The position numbers and the translations under genes are program-made. Below, in pieces: positions 17,789 through 26,673 of a DNA stretch of 64,000 nt (position 1 is its first letter; each line of letters starts with the position of its first letter). The stretch comes from a virus. The stretch spans positions 64,001 to 128,000 of IMG/VR virus record IMGVR_UViG_3300020048_000018; one strand, written 5' to 3'. The notes under the pieces were generated by a model. It saw only the letters and a list, made by a program, of their open reading frames with translations. It was not told the origin of the DNA and searched no databases.

Positions 17789-18778
17789 ATGGACGATAAT
17801 GAAGACCTGAACGTTAATGATGAAATGGACAATACCTCTGAACCTATGGGTAATGATGGAATTGATAATACAGACGACATTTCTCTTTCAGAAGAAATGA
17901 AACTTGAATTGGGGAAAATGCTTACCTCCAATTACTTTATAAAAGAAGGTGATAGTGAATATCACTATGACTCAGAACCTGACTACCGTGACAATCTTGA
18001 TCAGAAAGACATAAAAAAAATATTATCAGATGAAGACCCAAGGATGGCTTTTTACTCACTCTTTGATGAAGCTGACATGTATGCTATGGATGGTGCTCGT
18101 GATTTTGCAAAAGAGTGTATAGAAAGAGAATGGGAAGATACTTTTGATGAAGATACCCAAGGAACTTTCGAAGAACTTGAACAAGAAGTATTAGATTGGA
18201 TTTCTGAAAATGTTTTTGGTAGTTATGACACTTCTTCCTTACTGGACACGGAGGTTCGTTGTGACCTTATCATAGATACAGGGGATGCAAACCTTGATTA
18301 CTCACTCGGATATGAAAGTTTGGATACTGACGAAAATGGCGATCCTGTTCTTCCAGATGAATCACCTTTTATCTGGTTGGCAGAAACACAGGGATATACT
18401 CGTGAACAAATTACAAAAGCAATTACGGGAGATTTTGAGGGAAGCAAATTCCTAAAATCCGTATATGTAGAAGTAATAAACTGTACTACCAGTATGAACG
18501 CCCTTGGTTTCTTTGGAACATGTTCACTTAAAACTCTTATTGAGATGAAAGAAAACAAGGAAGATAAAAAGAGTATTCCAATAAAAGTTGGAACTCCCTG
18601 TGGTCTTTATGACGCATGGAATGGTGCTGGTGGAACACTTGAAATAGAACTTGAAAAAGACTTGGTTGTCCCTGCTGAGTTTATCGGAAGTTTTAGTATT
18701 GATGGTTCAAGAGGTTACTCCATTGATGAAATCTATGGAATGACTGGAAAGTTCTGGGACACTACATTCAGTGTATAA
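17789..18778 (+). CDS. Highly acidic hypothetical protein
   Basis: ORF track; D/E-rich throughout; AAAGGA RBS; ACTAATTA at 17728. Confidence 0.7.
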   Translation: MDDNEDLNVNDEMDNTSEPMGNDGIDNTDDISLSEEMKLELGKMLTSNYFIKEGDSEYHYDSEPDYRDNLDQKDIKKILSDEDPRMAFYSLFDEADMYAMDGARDFAKECIEREWEDTFDEDTQGTFEELEQEVLDWISENVFGSYDTSSLLDTEVRCDLIIDTGDANLDYSLGYESLDTDENGDPVLPDESPFIWLAETQGYTREQITKAITGDFEGSKFLKSVYVEVINCTTSMNALGFFGTCSLKTLIEMKENKEDKKSIPIKVGTPCGLYDAWNGAGGTLEIELEKDLVVPAEFIGSFSIDGSRGYSIDEIYGMTGKFWDTTFSV

Positions 18779-18797
18779 TTTAACGCATTAATTTGAG

Positions 18798-18830
18798 AGC
18801 CTGTTACATTAATTTGTGACAGGCTTTTTT
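18798..18830 (+). terminator. Intrinsic terminator
   Basis: AGCCTGTTACA-TTAATT-TGTGACAGGCT then T run. Confidence 0.8.
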
Positions 18831-18835
18831 TATAT

Positions 18836-18880
18836 AAAGTTTTGAACTTTTCTTGAATATCCTATATATTATATATGTAA
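18836..18880 (+). promoter_or_regulatory. Class I repeated promoter heading the long + strand run that includes the pncA cluster
   Basis: AAAGTTTTGAACTTTTCTTGAATATCCTATATATTATATATGTAA. Confidence 0.8.
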
Positions 18881-18898
18881 GGTATATAGGGGGCAAAA

Positions 18899-19159
18899 AT
18901 GAAAGTTACACTGATTAACATCAATAATGCACTAAAAAAGGAATTCCCTAGACATAAACTGACAATGTACAAAAGTTTCGGATGGGGCTATTTTTACTTT
19001 CTCTCTGATGCCGAACTTAAATCCCCTGATTATGTAGATGATATAGAAAATTTATACTGTTATTCTATTATACAGATTCCCTCGATTGATTTCGTACTTG
19101 ATCATGTCAGGCACTATTTGCCTAAAGAAGAAAAAGAAGGGAGCAAAAATGAAGACTAA
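18899..19159 (+). CDS. Hypothetical protein
   Basis: ORF track. Confidence 0.55.
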   Translation: MKVTLININNALKKEFPRHKLTMYKSFGWGYFYFLSDAELKSPDYVDDIENLYCYSIIQIPSIDFVLDHVRHYLPKEEKEGSKNED

Positions 19160-19400
19160 AGCAACGAAAGAACAGATCGCCAAAGTACTGGAAGGGGTTA
19201 AGAAGGAAAGAAATATTCTCCCTGAGTATTCCATGTTTGGTGACAATAACTGGGAGGGAATGGATAAAAGGATTCGCCTCCTTGAACGAGGTCTTGAAGG
19301 TATTTACCCTACGGTAGACATCGACAATGATGACACATACTACTGTGCTGAGTGGATGAATGATATCAACTCCTCAGAATTCGGAGATGATTATTCTTAA
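19149..19400 (+). CDS. Hypothetical protein
   Basis: ORF track 19086..19400; start moved to 19149 after GGGAG. Confidence 0.6.
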   Translation: MKTKATKEQIAKVLEGVKKERNILPEYSMFGDNNWEGMDKRIRLLERGLEGIYPTVDIDNDDTYYCAEWMNDINSSEFGDDYS

Positions 19401-19414
19401 TATGAAGGAGAAAT

Positions 19415-19591
19415 ATGGAATGTGAGAATGTGAATCACCTATCAATTGGTGAATCAATGGTGTTTGTGGCAGAAGCCAAAAAGGACACTATACATGTTAT
19501 AACCTTTGTTGTAACAAGAGTTATAACAGGTTGGCTTTACACTTGTTCAACTTTGGGTACAGTAACTTTTGTACCTGAAAGAATCATATAA
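19415..19591 (+). CDS. 58-aa hypothetical protein (not in ORF track)
   Basis: AAGGAG RBS; open frame MECENVNHLS...VPERII. Confidence 0.5.
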   Translation: MECENVNHLSIGESMVFVAEAKKDTIHVITFVVTRVITGWLYTCSTLGTVTFVPERII

Positions 19592-19606
19592 TAAGAGGAG
19601 ATACAC

Positions 19607-20407
19607 ATGAAACTAGGTCTTTTTGTAATTGACCCACAGAATGATTTCTGTGATGCAAATGGTGCTTTGTTCGTCCCTGGTGCTGATCAGGATATGAAAA
19701 AGCTTTCCGGTCTGGTAAACCGTCTCGGGAGCAAGATCAAGAATATTTTTGTGACAATGGATTCACATCATGTTTTTGACATTGCTCACCCCACTTTCTG
19801 GGTAGGCAGGGATCTCAGTAATCCTCCGGTCTACACCATCATCTCGGAAGCAGATGTTTCCACAGGAATTTGGAGAGCATCAAACCCTTCCATGCAAAAG
19901 TGGGCTGAGGAATATGTGAAGGGTCTTTCTGTCAAAGGCAGATTTCCCCTCTGTATCTGGCCCGAACATTGCCTGATTGGAAGTTGGGGTAACAACATTT
20001 ATCCTGACCTCTACAATTCCCTTACCGCACTCGAAAAGAAGGGTGCTTTTGTGCAGTACCAGACAAAAGGCTCGAACTACAAAACGGAACACTATTCTGT
20101 TTTCGAAGCTGAATATCCTGACCCTTCGGATATGTCAACTCAGTTCAACAGCCTGTTCGCAAACGCAATCAACTCAAGCGACAAAGTTTTGATTGCAGGT
20201 GAGGCCCGAACCCATTGTGTTATCAACTCCCTTCGGAGTCTGATTGATTACATGGGAGAAGATTTCATCAAGAAGATGATCTTCATCGAAGATGCCAGTT
20301 CCAATGTAACTGTAATTCCCGCCCTGATTACTGCCGCAGACGATTACTTCGCTGAACTGGTACGTAAGGGCATGGAAGTCACCACGACCGATAAGTTTTT
20401 GGCATAA
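19607..20407 (+). CDS. pncA: Nicotinamidase / isochorismatase-family cysteine hydrolase
   Basis: VIDPQNDFC, GALFVPGA, VTMDSH, WPEHC, TKG, AGEARTHCV (Asp-Lys-Cys triad plus Asp/His/His metal ligands). Confidence 0.85.
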   Translation: MKLGLFVIDPQNDFCDANGALFVPGADQDMKKLSGLVNRLGSKIKNIFVTMDSHHVFDIAHPTFWVGRDLSNPPVYTIISEADVSTGIWRASNPSMQKWAEEYVKGLSVKGRFPLCIWPEHCLIGSWGNNIYPDLYNSLTALEKKGAFVQYQTKGSNYKTEHYSVFEAEYPDPSDMSTQFNSLFANAINSSDKVLIAGEARTHCVINSLRSLIDYMGEDFIKKMIFIEDASSNVTVIPALITAADDYFAELVRKGMEVTTTDKFLA

Positions 20408-20418
20408 GGAGAATTTCT

Positions 20419-21144
20419 ATGGATACAGAAAATGAAGTAATGAATATTCCCAACACCCCGTTCTCGTACAGTGCAGTAGCACCTGAGAATCTTGGAGAGC
20501 CTGAGTACACCCTTGTTTCGTTTATTCGTGACAAGAGTGGTTCGGTCAGTCCCTTCGATGATGAAATCTCGAAAGCCCTGAACATCTCTCTCGATGCTTG
20601 CAGGAAATCCCCTCGGTCGGAAAACCTCCTCGTTCGGGCAGGAGCCTTCAACGAAAGTTTGACGGAAATTCATGGATTCACGGAACTTTCCAAACTTCCT
20701 GACTATCGGGGATGTAACTGCAACGGAGGTACCTCCCTCTTTGATGCCGTGTATTCTGCACTCGGAGCGACAGTCGCCTATGCAAACAAACTCCGAAGCA
20801 TGGACTATAGCGTAAATGCTATCATCTTTATTACTACTGATGGTCAGGACAATTCCTCAACCTTTCGTGCTCAGGAAATCAAGACCCTTATTGATGACCT
20901 TATCCAGAAGGAAGAAATTGGTTCAATCACCACAGTTCTTATCGGAGTGAATGATCAGGGTAGTCTCAGTACCTACCTCACTGACTTCAAGAACGAAGCA
21001 GGATTGACCCAGTATGTTTCGCTCGGTGATGCCACCGCAGGAAAATTGGCCCGCCTTGGTGGATTTATCAGTAAATCCATTTCGAGTTCTTCGCAGAGCC
21101 TTGCAAGCGGAACAGTTGTTTCGGTTGCTGATCTTACTTTCTAA
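20419..21144 (+). CDS. vWA domain protein (TerY-like)
   Basis: MIDAS DKSGS, GGTSLFDAV, FITTDGQDNSS. Confidence 0.88.
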   Translation: MDTENEVMNIPNTPFSYSAVAPENLGEPEYTLVSFIRDKSGSVSPFDDEISKALNISLDACRKSPRSENLLVRAGAFNESLTEIHGFTELSKLPDYRGCNCNGGTSLFDAVYSALGATVAYANKLRSMDYSVNAIIFITTDGQDNSSTFRAQEIKTLIDDLIQKEEIGSITTVLIGVNDQGSLSTYLTDFKNEAGLTQYVSLGDATAGKLARLGGFISKSISSSSQSLASGTVVSVADLTF

Positions 21145-21153
21145 GGAATTAAA

Positions 21154-21510
21154 ATGAAAACAGTTACAGTCATTTCATGGAACGCATCGGGTTACGACTG
21201 GTCTTCAGAAGAGATTGTAGCTGTTTACATTAACGAGAAAAAAGCACTTGAAAGATGCAAGCTTCTAAATGAAGCAATAGACTTATATATTGAAGGGGAA
21301 CAAAAAGCCCATAATGAAAAAGCTATTTTCACGAAAGATATTGGTAAAAATAAACTTCTGTATGTAGAGCACTTTAAAAAAGAAACTGACAACTTTAATC
21401 TTAAGATTAATACTCTGAGAAAAGAGATTGACGAGATATCGGAAATAGACAACTTTTTTGAATACATCGAGGGATGTTTCAATACTGAGACTAAACCCTT
21501 TTTTGATTAA
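21154..21510 (+). CDS. Hypothetical protein
   Basis: ORF track. Confidence 0.55.
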   Translation: MKTVTVISWNASGYDWSSEEIVAVYINEKKALERCKLLNEAIDLYIEGEQKAHNEKAIFTKDIGKNKLLYVEHFKKETDNFNLKINTLRKEIDEISEIDNFFEYIEGCFNTETKPFFD

Positions 21511-21517
21511 GGAAAAA

Positions 21518-21862
21518 ATGAAAAAATTATCTGTAGATTTTGACTGTACCTTATTCTCTCTTAGTGAAAACTGGCCCGAAGTGGGAAAACAAAAATTAAT
21601 TCACAAGTTTGTTGCTTCTTACGTTCGGCGTAAAAAGAAACAAGGTTGGGTTATTATCTTGAATACAATGAGAGAATATAGTAAAGGTCTTGATATTGCG
21701 GTAGAAGCTTGCAAGGCACATAACATTCCCATTGATTATGTAAATGAAAATTACCCTCCTGACATAGAACGTTGGGGAGAGAGTAGGAAAATAGGTGCCA
21801 CCAGAAGTATCGATGATACCCAGATTGGTATTATTGGATGGGCATTGAGAACATTTTCATAA
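21518..21862 (+). CDS. Small HAD-superfamily phosphatase-like protein
   Basis: SVDFDCTL (DxD motif I), IILNTMR, IDYVNEN, SIDD; start moved from 21458 to ATG 21518. Confidence 0.7.
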   Translation: MKKLSVDFDCTLFSLSENWPEVGKQKLIHKFVASYVRRKKKQGWVIILNTMREYSKGLDIAVEACKAHNIPIDYVNENYPPDIERWGESRKIGATRSIDDTQIGIIGWALRTFS

Positions 21863-21877
21863 CAAGGGAAAACAAAG

Positions 21878-22720
21878 ATGATAAAGAATGTAGACAACTT
21901 TTTCTATATAGGAAAATCTCATACAGTCTGTGATGATTTCTCTCTCTCAAAATCTTGGGATTCCTCAGGAGAAACTATTACCCTTTCCATAGTTTCTGAT
22001 GGATGTTCAAACTCCAAGAACAGTGATATCGGTTCAAGGATGTTATGTTCTGACATCATGAGAGTTTGCTCAAAAGTACAAGAGAATTTTGAGAATTGTA
22101 AAAATACAATACTTTCAGGACTTAAGTTTATTTTTTATGACCTTATGGACAGATATGGGAACATTTATGGAGCAAGCTTTTTAGATTGCACACTCTTGAT
22201 TGCTCTCTCAAATAAAGATATTACAGAAGTGTTTGTATTCGGAGATGGTTCCCTTCTTGTGGATTACAGAGACCACAATTCTTATAGGGGTGGTATTGAG
22301 TTTTACAATTTTGAGTTTGAAAATAATGCTCCTCCCTATCAATCCTATAGGATGAATGAAGAAAGGGAAAGAAGATATTTGAAACTCGCTCCCACAATGA
22401 CAGTAGAAGTTTTTTCAGACATTAAGGAAAACTGTTCTGTAAGAGTACATGAACAAAATCTTCTGAGCGTAAAAACTTTTAAGTTTTTGCATGAGGATAT
22501 TTATAGGTTGATTCTATGCACAGATGGAGTTTCTTCTTTTAGTAATAAGGTAACAGGAGAAATTAAAAGCTTCAGTGATATAGGGAAAGAGCTTATAGCA
22601 ATTAAAAATGATACTGGGGTTTTTTTACAGAGAAGGGCAAAGCGTATCTTGGAAGACATGGGGAAAGAAAACTTTTTCAACCAAGATGATTTTTCTGCCT
22701 GTGCAATTTTGTATATATAA
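21878..22720 (+). CDS. PP2C-like protein phosphatase
   Basis: IGKSH..CDD, IVSDGCS..NSDIGS, FGDG, LCTDG, DDFS. Confidence 0.85.
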   Translation: MIKNVDNFFYIGKSHTVCDDFSLSKSWDSSGETITLSIVSDGCSNSKNSDIGSRMLCSDIMRVCSKVQENFENCKNTILSGLKFIFYDLMDRYGNIYGASFLDCTLLIALSNKDITEVFVFGDGSLLVDYRDHNSYRGGIEFYNFEFENNAPPYQSYRMNEERERRYLKLAPTMTVEVFSDIKENCSVRVHEQNLLSVKTFKFLHEDIYRLILCTDGVSSFSNKVTGEIKSFSDIGKELIAIKNDTGVFLQRRAKRILEDMGKENFFNQDDFSACAILYI

Positions 22721-22731
22721 GGAGAGCTGTT

Positions 22732-24438
22732 GTGAAAAAAGTTTTATGCAATGGAAAACAAGTAACTCTCCGTGATTCGGATTTTCTATCCTCTGGTGGA
22801 GAAGGGGAAATCTATAAGAAAGATGGACTCATATACAAAGTCTATATAAATAGAATTGATCAGAACAAAGAAAAGAAACTAAAGTTTCTTTCTATCCTAA
22901 GCAAAGACAATATCATTTCTCCTAAGGATATCCTGTACTCAGCCTCAAACGAGCCTGTTGGATATACAATGAATCTCGTGGACAACTCAAGTTCACTTGC
23001 ACTTTTATTCACCAACTCGTTTAAGAAAAGAAACAGTATTACTTCAACCCATCTTGAAAAAATATTTCTTAAGATGTCGGAGACCATAAAATATATCCAT
23101 GAAAAAGATATTATAATTGTGGATGGGAACGAATTAAATTACTTGATTTCAAACTCTGATTTCAGTACACCTTATTTTATAGACGTTGACAGCTACGAAA
23201 CTAAGGACTTTCCCGCTACGGTTATCATGCCCTCTATAAGAGATTTTTGTACTAAAGGGTTTTCAGAAAATACAGATTGGTATTCCTTTGCCATCTTGAT
23301 GTTTCAACTGTACGTTGGTATACATCCTTACAAAGGATATCATCCTAAGTACAATATCGTAAACTACAATGGGGTAGAAAAGAAAGTTGATAATTTAGAG
23401 GAACGATGCAAGAACAAAGTTTCTATATATAATTCAAGTGTTAAGTATCCTCCTTTTGTGGACTTGAATAATATTCCTTCAAACTTAAATGATTGGTTTA
23501 TTTCGATATTCGAGAAAGGTGAAAGAACTCCCCCACCAAATATTGTATCTGCTACATTGGCTATTGCTCCGAGGATGGTAATTAATTATAGCCAAGGTGT
23601 TGATCAGACTTTGCTCAATACTTACTCTGGAAATATTTCAAGGGTATTTTTTATCCGTGGTCAAATGTTGGTTATTACGGAGAATAACTATTACTACAAT
23701 AATCAGCAGTACAATAAAAAGTACCATAAGGAAGTACCTCTCATCGTTGAGGAAAAAGGTAACATTGCAATATATCATGTATCCAAAGGTCTTGACTGGC
23801 TTTTAGTACACAACAGAGACATGGACGAACAAAAGTTTGAGTTGCCTACTCTCCAGAAAGTTATGTATTCTAACAACCGGTTATTTGCTTTGACTGATGA
23901 TCAATTGCTTGAGCTTGAAATTAATCCTTATACACACAAACTTTCTACCAAGGAAAGCAGGAGTGTATTAGCAAATGCTTCCAAGTTCTTTATGAACTGT
24001 ATGTACTGTGACTCTTTTGGAAATGCGCTGTTCTATATTCCAGAAGTGAAAGAAGGGAATAATGTTCTTCATGTTATCAAGGTAACTCAGTTGAACTCTC
24101 ATAAAATAATTGATGCGTATTATGAGAACTCAACTCTTATTACTATCAGCAAGTTTAAGTCTGATTATTATAAAACTCTCACAAAGTTTGATGAACATTT
24201 TATTAAGAATGAATTTGTTCAAGAAACTTGTAATCTACAGGAAGTAAACGCAACTGTAATATCAAATGGTATGAGCTTGGTTATTGAAGAAGACACATTA
24301 GAAATAAGTGCAAAGTATAGTGTCAACAGAAAAAAGGTGAATGTCAATCTTGACATGCAATTATCCCATAAGGGAAATGAAGTTCTTGGATTCAGAAACA
24401 ATGAACTTTATTCTCTAAGTTTAAAGAAAGGAAACTAA
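22732..24438 (+). CDS. Ser/Thr kinase-like protein with beta-rich C-terminal domain
   Basis: GGEGEIY Gly loop, IYK, VDGNELNYLI catalytic loop, FIDVDSY, TDWYSFAILMFQLYVGIHPY. Confidence 0.85.
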   Translation: MKKVLCNGKQVTLRDSDFLSSGGEGEIYKKDGLIYKVYINRIDQNKEKKLKFLSILSKDNIISPKDILYSASNEPVGYTMNLVDNSSSLALLFTNSFKKRNSITSTHLEKIFLKMSETIKYIHEKDIIIVDGNELNYLISNSDFSTPYFIDVDSYETKDFPATVIMPSIRDFCTKGFSENTDWYSFAILMFQLYVGIHPYKGYHPKYNIVNYNGVEKKVDNLEERCKNKVSIYNSSVKYPPFVDLNNIPSNLNDWFISIFEKGERTPPPNIVSATLAIAPRMVINYSQGVDQTLLNTYSGNISRVFFIRGQMLVITENNYYYNNQQYNKKYHKEVPLIVEEKGNIAIYHVSKGLDWLLVHNRDMDEQKFELPTLQKVMYSNNRLFALTDDQLLELEINPYTHKLSTKESRSVLANASKFFMNCMYCDSFGNALFYIPEVKEGNNVLHVIKVTQLNSHKIIDAYYENSTLITISKFKSDYYKTLTKFDEHFIKNEFVQETCNLQEVNATVISNGMSLVIEEDTLEISAKYSVNRKKVNVNLDMQLSHKGNEVLGFRNNELYSLSLKKGN

Positions 24439-24439
24439 C

Positions 24440-24889
24440 ATGAAGCAATCAGAAAAGGCACAACAACTTAAAGACCTCATCACAAAAGAAACAGATAAAT
24501 ACTTGTCACATTGGACACCTGAGGAAATTAAGGAAAGATTATTAACAACACTTAATTCTGAGGTTTCATCCGTTATGACCAATGCGTTAGGCTTTGATAG
24601 CGATAGATGGTCTGGAAGACTTACTCTCAGAAGTTCATCACCTCTCTATGTGAAGGCTATGAAAATAGTGAATGACATAGCAGATAAATATGAATTCAAA
24701 GAACCTGAGTTCACTGACAAAGAAAAGGCACGATTCCAATCTGCTTACGATAGGGCTTATAAAAACACTTTGATAGACCTTGCAGAAGAACGTGCAAGAG
24801 GAGATGCCCAGAAGTTTTTTGATTCTATTTCAAGTACGATTGATTACTCTGAAGTTAAGAAATCTTCTCAGGACAACACCGATATTTGA
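24440..24889 (+). CDS. Hypothetical protein
   Basis: ORF track. Confidence 0.6.
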   Translation: MKQSEKAQQLKDLITKETDKYLSHWTPEEIKERLLTTLNSEVSSVMTNALGFDSDRWSGRLTLRSSSPLYVKAMKIVNDIADKYEFKEPEFTDKEKARFQSAYDRAYKNTLIDLAEERARGDAQKFFDSISSTIDYSEVKKSSQDNTDI

Positions 24890-24924
24890 TAAGTTGTTAA
24901 TATAACATTAAGGAAGATTAAAAA

Positions 24925-25143
24925 ATGGGAAATAAAATGCCTATAGCATGGCACAAAGAGGGCTTGTTTAATTGGGGTAAATCCATTGAACGAGAAGAAA
25001 AAGAATTGAAGGTAAGAATTGAATCTCTTAATGTTATGAAAGATAAATATGGCTTCTACAAAAAACAAATTGAAGAAGCAGAAGTTCAAGGAAAAGATAG
25101 TTTTGATAATGATAAGTTTTTAGTTTCTCGACCTAAAAAATAA
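24925..25143 (+). CDS. Hypothetical coiled-coil protein
   Basis: ORF track; TGTTAATAT at 24895. Confidence 0.55.
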   Translation: MGNKMPIAWHKEGLFNWGKSIEREEKELKVRIESLNVMKDKYGFYKKQIEEAEVQGKDSFDNDKFLVSRPKK

Positions 25144-25188
25144 TCTAACCCAAAAACTAACAACCTCTCAACACGTAAGGATTATTAA

Positions 25189-25386
25189 ATGATTTATGGA
25201 ATTATCCTCCTCTGCCTTGCATTCTATTTTATTGGTGCAGGGCATTCTCAATACCATGAAAGCAAAATTGCTGAAAATGGTGGAACAACATTATACAAGG
25301 GAATTATTTATCGGTATGTGAAAGTACCTGAATCTCATAAACCCGAAACCGTAATTGAATCTCCTGACAAATCAGCAGAGAAATAA
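25189..25386 (+). CDS. Small membrane-anchored/secreted protein
   Basis: ORF track; hydrophobic N-terminus. Confidence 0.55.
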   Translation: MIYGIILLCLAFYFIGAGHSQYHESKIAENGGTTLYKGIIYRYVKVPESHKPETVIESPDKSAEK

Positions 25387-25398
25387 ACGTAGGAAAAA

Positions 25399-26670
25399 AT
25401 GAAAACATACACAAATCTAACTCATGAAAACAATGCTCTGGTGAAATTTATTAACTCCAATTCAGACTGGCTTAAAATCCTGTCTGATGAAAGGGGTGTT
25501 TATGCTTTAAAAATTAAACAGTCAACTTGGAAAGGGGAAGAAAATCTTTGGATGTTTTCCTACAACCAAATTAAATCAAACTTCCGTTACCAAGAATGTT
25601 GTGTAGCCCGAGGTATCATTCTTGAAATTATCGATAACAAGGTAACTCAGATTGTTCGCCATGCATTTGATAAGTTTTTTAATTCTCAGGAAGGTTTGTC
25701 TGCAAAGATAGATTTCACTTCTCCCGATACTGTATCCTCAATGAAAATGGATGGCTCAATCATAGCCCTATATAATTATCAGGGTAGATGGAATTGGTCT
25801 ACCAATGGTATGTTCCATGCAGAAGATGCAACACTTTCTGATGTCCCTGCTTTTGCATTGGACGGAGCAGAAGACTCACAGACTTTCAACGACCTTATCC
25901 AGTATTGTGTAAAAAAACAAGGAATTGAGGAATCTTGGTTTCTTGATTGCTTTACCTATGTATTTGAACTTACCTCACCAAGAAATAGGATTGTAACTCC
26001 TTACCAAGATACAAAACTTACTCTTATCGGTATAAGAAATAATCTTACGGATGACGAAGTGGATGTGTTTACTTCTCCTCTTGCAACTTTAATACCTACC
26101 CCTGAAATTTTTAAGTTTGCTTCTCTTGAAGAAGCTCTTGAAAGTGCAGACAAACTTCCTGACCTACTTGAGGGATATGTTACACGAGGTAAGATGTTGG
26201 AAAATGGATCTTATGAAAGAAGTAAATCTAAATCTGCATCCTATATTAAAACTCACCATATCCGTGGAGAGAACAACTTCTCTAACAAGCAGTTGTTTGA
26301 AGTTGCTCAGGCTAATGAGACTGGGGAAGTAGAAGCATATTTCCCTGAGATTAAAGAAAAGATTGCGAAAGTATTGTCTTCTTTCAATACCCTGAAAGAA
26401 AGAGTTCTTGACGAAGTTAATATTGGTATGGTAAAATGGACTAGTCTCTGTAATGAAGACCCGCTTTACAAGTACTCTGATGTAAACGTAAAAAAGAAAT
26501 ACGAAACTTGGGTAAATAGTCCAGAGGTAGATGCAGGATACCGCTCGTTTATGTTCCTTATACATAAGGGTAATCCGGTTGCAATGTTAGACAATTATTT
26601 TAAGACAGTCAATTGGAAAGATTACAAGAATCTCCTTTTGAAAATTAACAAAGAGAATATGGAGGATTAA
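25399..26670 (+). CDS. RNA ligase, T4 Rnl1 (RnlA)-like
   Basis: ARGIILE, HAFDKFFN, SMKMDGS (motif I), TYVFELTSP.NRIV..Y, EGYV, KSKS..Y. Confidence 0.85.
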   Translation: MKTYTNLTHENNALVKFINSNSDWLKILSDERGVYALKIKQSTWKGEENLWMFSYNQIKSNFRYQECCVARGIILEIIDNKVTQIVRHAFDKFFNSQEGLSAKIDFTSPDTVSSMKMDGSIIALYNYQGRWNWSTNGMFHAEDATLSDVPAFALDGAEDSQTFNDLIQYCVKKQGIEESWFLDCFTYVFELTSPRNRIVTPYQDTKLTLIGIRNNLTDDEVDVFTSPLATLIPTPEIFKFASLEEALESADKLPDLLEGYVTRGKMLENGSYERSKSKSASYIKTHHIRGENNFSNKQLFEVAQANETGEVEAYFPEIKEKIAKVLSSFNTLKERVLDEVNIGMVKWTSLCNEDPLYKYSDVNVKKKYETWVNSPEVDAGYRSFMFLIHKGNPVAMLDNYFKTVNWKDYKNLLLKINKENMED

Positions 26671-26673
26671 TTT

